Positions 62,421-64,000 of a DNA stretch of 64,000 bases are shown here, piece by piece. The notes below the pieces were generated by a model, which had not been told where the DNA came from, did not search any database, and saw only the letters and a program-made list of their open reading frames with translations. Every line of letters begins with the position of its first letter. Position 1 is the stretch's first letter. Source of the stretch: an uncultured Nitrospiraceae bacterium (GTDB taxonomy: Bacteria > Nitrospirota > Thermodesulfovibrionia > Thermodesulfovibrionales > Dissulfurispiraceae); NCBI GenBank assembly GCA_963705105.1, contig CAVPIW010000006.1, positions 992,001-1,056,000 of the forward strand, read 5' to 3'. The translations under genes were made by a program, and so were the position numbers.

Positions 62421-64000
62421 TCAGGGGATCGGCTGCCCGGCCGCCGGTTCCTCAGTCGGCGGGAATGCCGTCGTCGTTGTCCTGAAGGAGTTGTAAAACA
62501 TCTCCTGCTTCTCCGTCCACCGGACGGGGAAGACGATGGTGAAGGTCGTTCCCTTGCCGATTTCGCTTGCCACCTTGATCTCCCCGAGGTGCTCCGATAC
62601 GATCTGCTTGACCAGGGACAGGCCCATGCCGAACTTAAGGGCCTTGGTACTGAAGAAGGGATCGAACATCTTGTCCTTCACGTCCTTCGAGATGCCGTGG
62701 CCTGTATCGGAGATGGCAAGGGAGACGACGTCACCGTTTCCGGATGTGGCTATGGTGACCGTCCCGCCCTTGCCCGTCGCCTCGATGGCGTTCCTGGCAA
62801 CGTGAAAGATGGCGGCACGGAGGTGATTTTTCTGGGTATTGATCTTGAGGGGTTTGTCCGGGAGGTCGAGGACGAGATTCAGGTCCCTGTCCACTGCCTC
62901 CTTCTCTATGACCTTGCTGACATCCCGCACGATATCGCTGATGTCCTCGAAACGGAACATGCTCTGCCTCGACTTGAGAAAACCCTCGAAATCACCGACG
63001 ATCGTCTCGAGCTTCTGGCATTCATCCATAATGTCATGGATGTTTTCGCCCAGTTTTTCCGAAAGTTTTTCCTTCGCCAGTATCCTCTTGCAGGTGCAGC
63101 CGATGATCGCCGCGGGGTTCCTCACCTTGTCCGCCACGGTCAGGCCCATGAGCGCCATGGTCCTCTCGGCGACAAGGTTTTCCAGTTCCTGGTTCAGCTC
63201 CGTCAGGTCAATGTTGATCAGCTCGATCTCCTTCTTGTCCTCCAGCATCTTGAGATAGACGCGGTAGATCCAGATGAAGAAGAGGTTCACCGATCCGACG
63301 ATGATGAAGGTGAAGCTGTTGATGCTCCCGCTGTAAGGGTTCATGTAGGCCCAGATCGCATCATTGCCCGTCGCGGCCAGGATGTGCCTGAGGAAATGGC
63401 CGAAGGACCGGGAGACCGAGTAGAGGAGATAGGACGAGGAAAGCCACACGAAATAATTCCAGAGCACGTTGTCCGGCTCCTTCCGGTGGAGCTTCAGGCT
63501 GACGGACAGGCACATGACAGACAGAACAATGAAGACAGCGGCGCCTCCCATATCGACGAAATAGATGGGCAGGAGCGGCAGGATGACGGCGGCGTTCGTC
63601 GATGCCTGCTCCTCCTGTGCCAGGTGTTCGCGGAGCCCCAGGTAAAAGAGGCACATGGCCCCGTTGATGACGAGGAAATCGAAACGCGCGATATAGAAGA
63701 ACAGCTCCTTTCCCTCCAGCTGAATGCCCTGCCGGAAATAATCCCAGCCCGCCTTTCCGCCGATGAACTGCGACGGCTCTATCCAGAGCTCGGCGAACCG
63801 CCCCGCCGAGACGAGAACGTCCCAGACGGCGAAGAGGAGAACGGAATAGTACATGTATCTCCACCCCGCTTTCTGCTGAAGACGGTTCCGGACGATCGCC
63901 CAGAGGACGACGATACAGGAGACGAGATAGAAAACGCGGCCGATGTGGTGCAGGTAAATGCCCGAGTATTCATGGGGCTGGAAGGCGAGCGCCTGCCCGG
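62421..64000 (-). CDS. Polytopic membrane sensor with His-less kinase module (ADKVRNP); 5' end outside window
   Basis: The frame is open upstream of 63854 to the window edge. Many TM helices, VSRSFGH, HATPase RNAIEA, DTGHGI, FGMGL. Confidence 0.85.
   Translation of the reverse strand, partial: GQALAFQPHEYSGIYLHHIGRVFYLVSCIVVLWAIVRNRLQQKAGWRYMYYSVLLFAVWDVLVSAGRFAELWIEPSQFIGGKAGWDYFRQGIQLEGKELFFYIARFDFLVINGAMCLFYLGLREHLAQEEQASTNAAVILPLLPIYFVDMGGAAVFIVLSVMCLSVSLKLHRKEPDNVLWNYFVWLSSSYLLYSVSRSFGHFLRHILAATGNDAIWAYMNPYSGSINSFTFIIVGSVNLFFIWIYRVYLKMLEDKKEIELINIDLTELNQELENLVAERTMALMGLTVADKVRNPAAIIGCTCKRILAKEKLSEKLGENIHDIMDECQKLETIVGDFEGFLKSRQSMFRFEDISDIVRDVSKVIEKEAVDRDLNLVLDLPDKPLKINTQKNHLRAAIFHVARNAIEATGKGGTVTIATSGNGDVVSLAISDTGHGISKDVKDKMFDPFFSTKALKFGMGLSLVKQIVSEHLGEIKVASEIGKGTTFTIVFPVRWTEKQEMFYNSFRTTTTAFPPTEEPAAGQPIP

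Overview
GC-rich bacterial chromosomal window. Gene content and order suggest an anaerobic Nitrospirota (Thermodesulfovibrionia-like) or Desulfobacterota-like organism; this is an inference, not a database result. Housekeeping blocks are tsaE-nadK-udg, gmhA-ruvCAB-queH-spoIID-queA-phoH-HDIG-ybeY-dgkA, carB, plsX-fabH and a two-subunit biotin-dependent carboxylase. Accessory DNA includes a hicBA toxin-antitoxin pair, a secreted M4 peptidase with thrombospondin type-3 repeats, a kaiC-kaiB-kaiB-PAS kinase-sigma54 activator cluster, and an amino-acid catabolic operon ending in an arginine-synthetase-like (COG2403) gene. The four most notable signals: (1) three paralogous sensor kinases at the right end all carry Asp in place of the phospho-acceptor His (ADK/RVRNP) and share other altered motifs; (2) a MITE-like family (13-bp TIRs, 4-bp target duplications, about 13 full or partial copies) is nested in itself and in other repeats and has modular interiors; (3) three sigma54 promoters near the Kai-linked activator share an upstream motif; (4) two genes are frameshifted. 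No rRNA, tRNA, CRISPR array, transposase or integrase was recognised.
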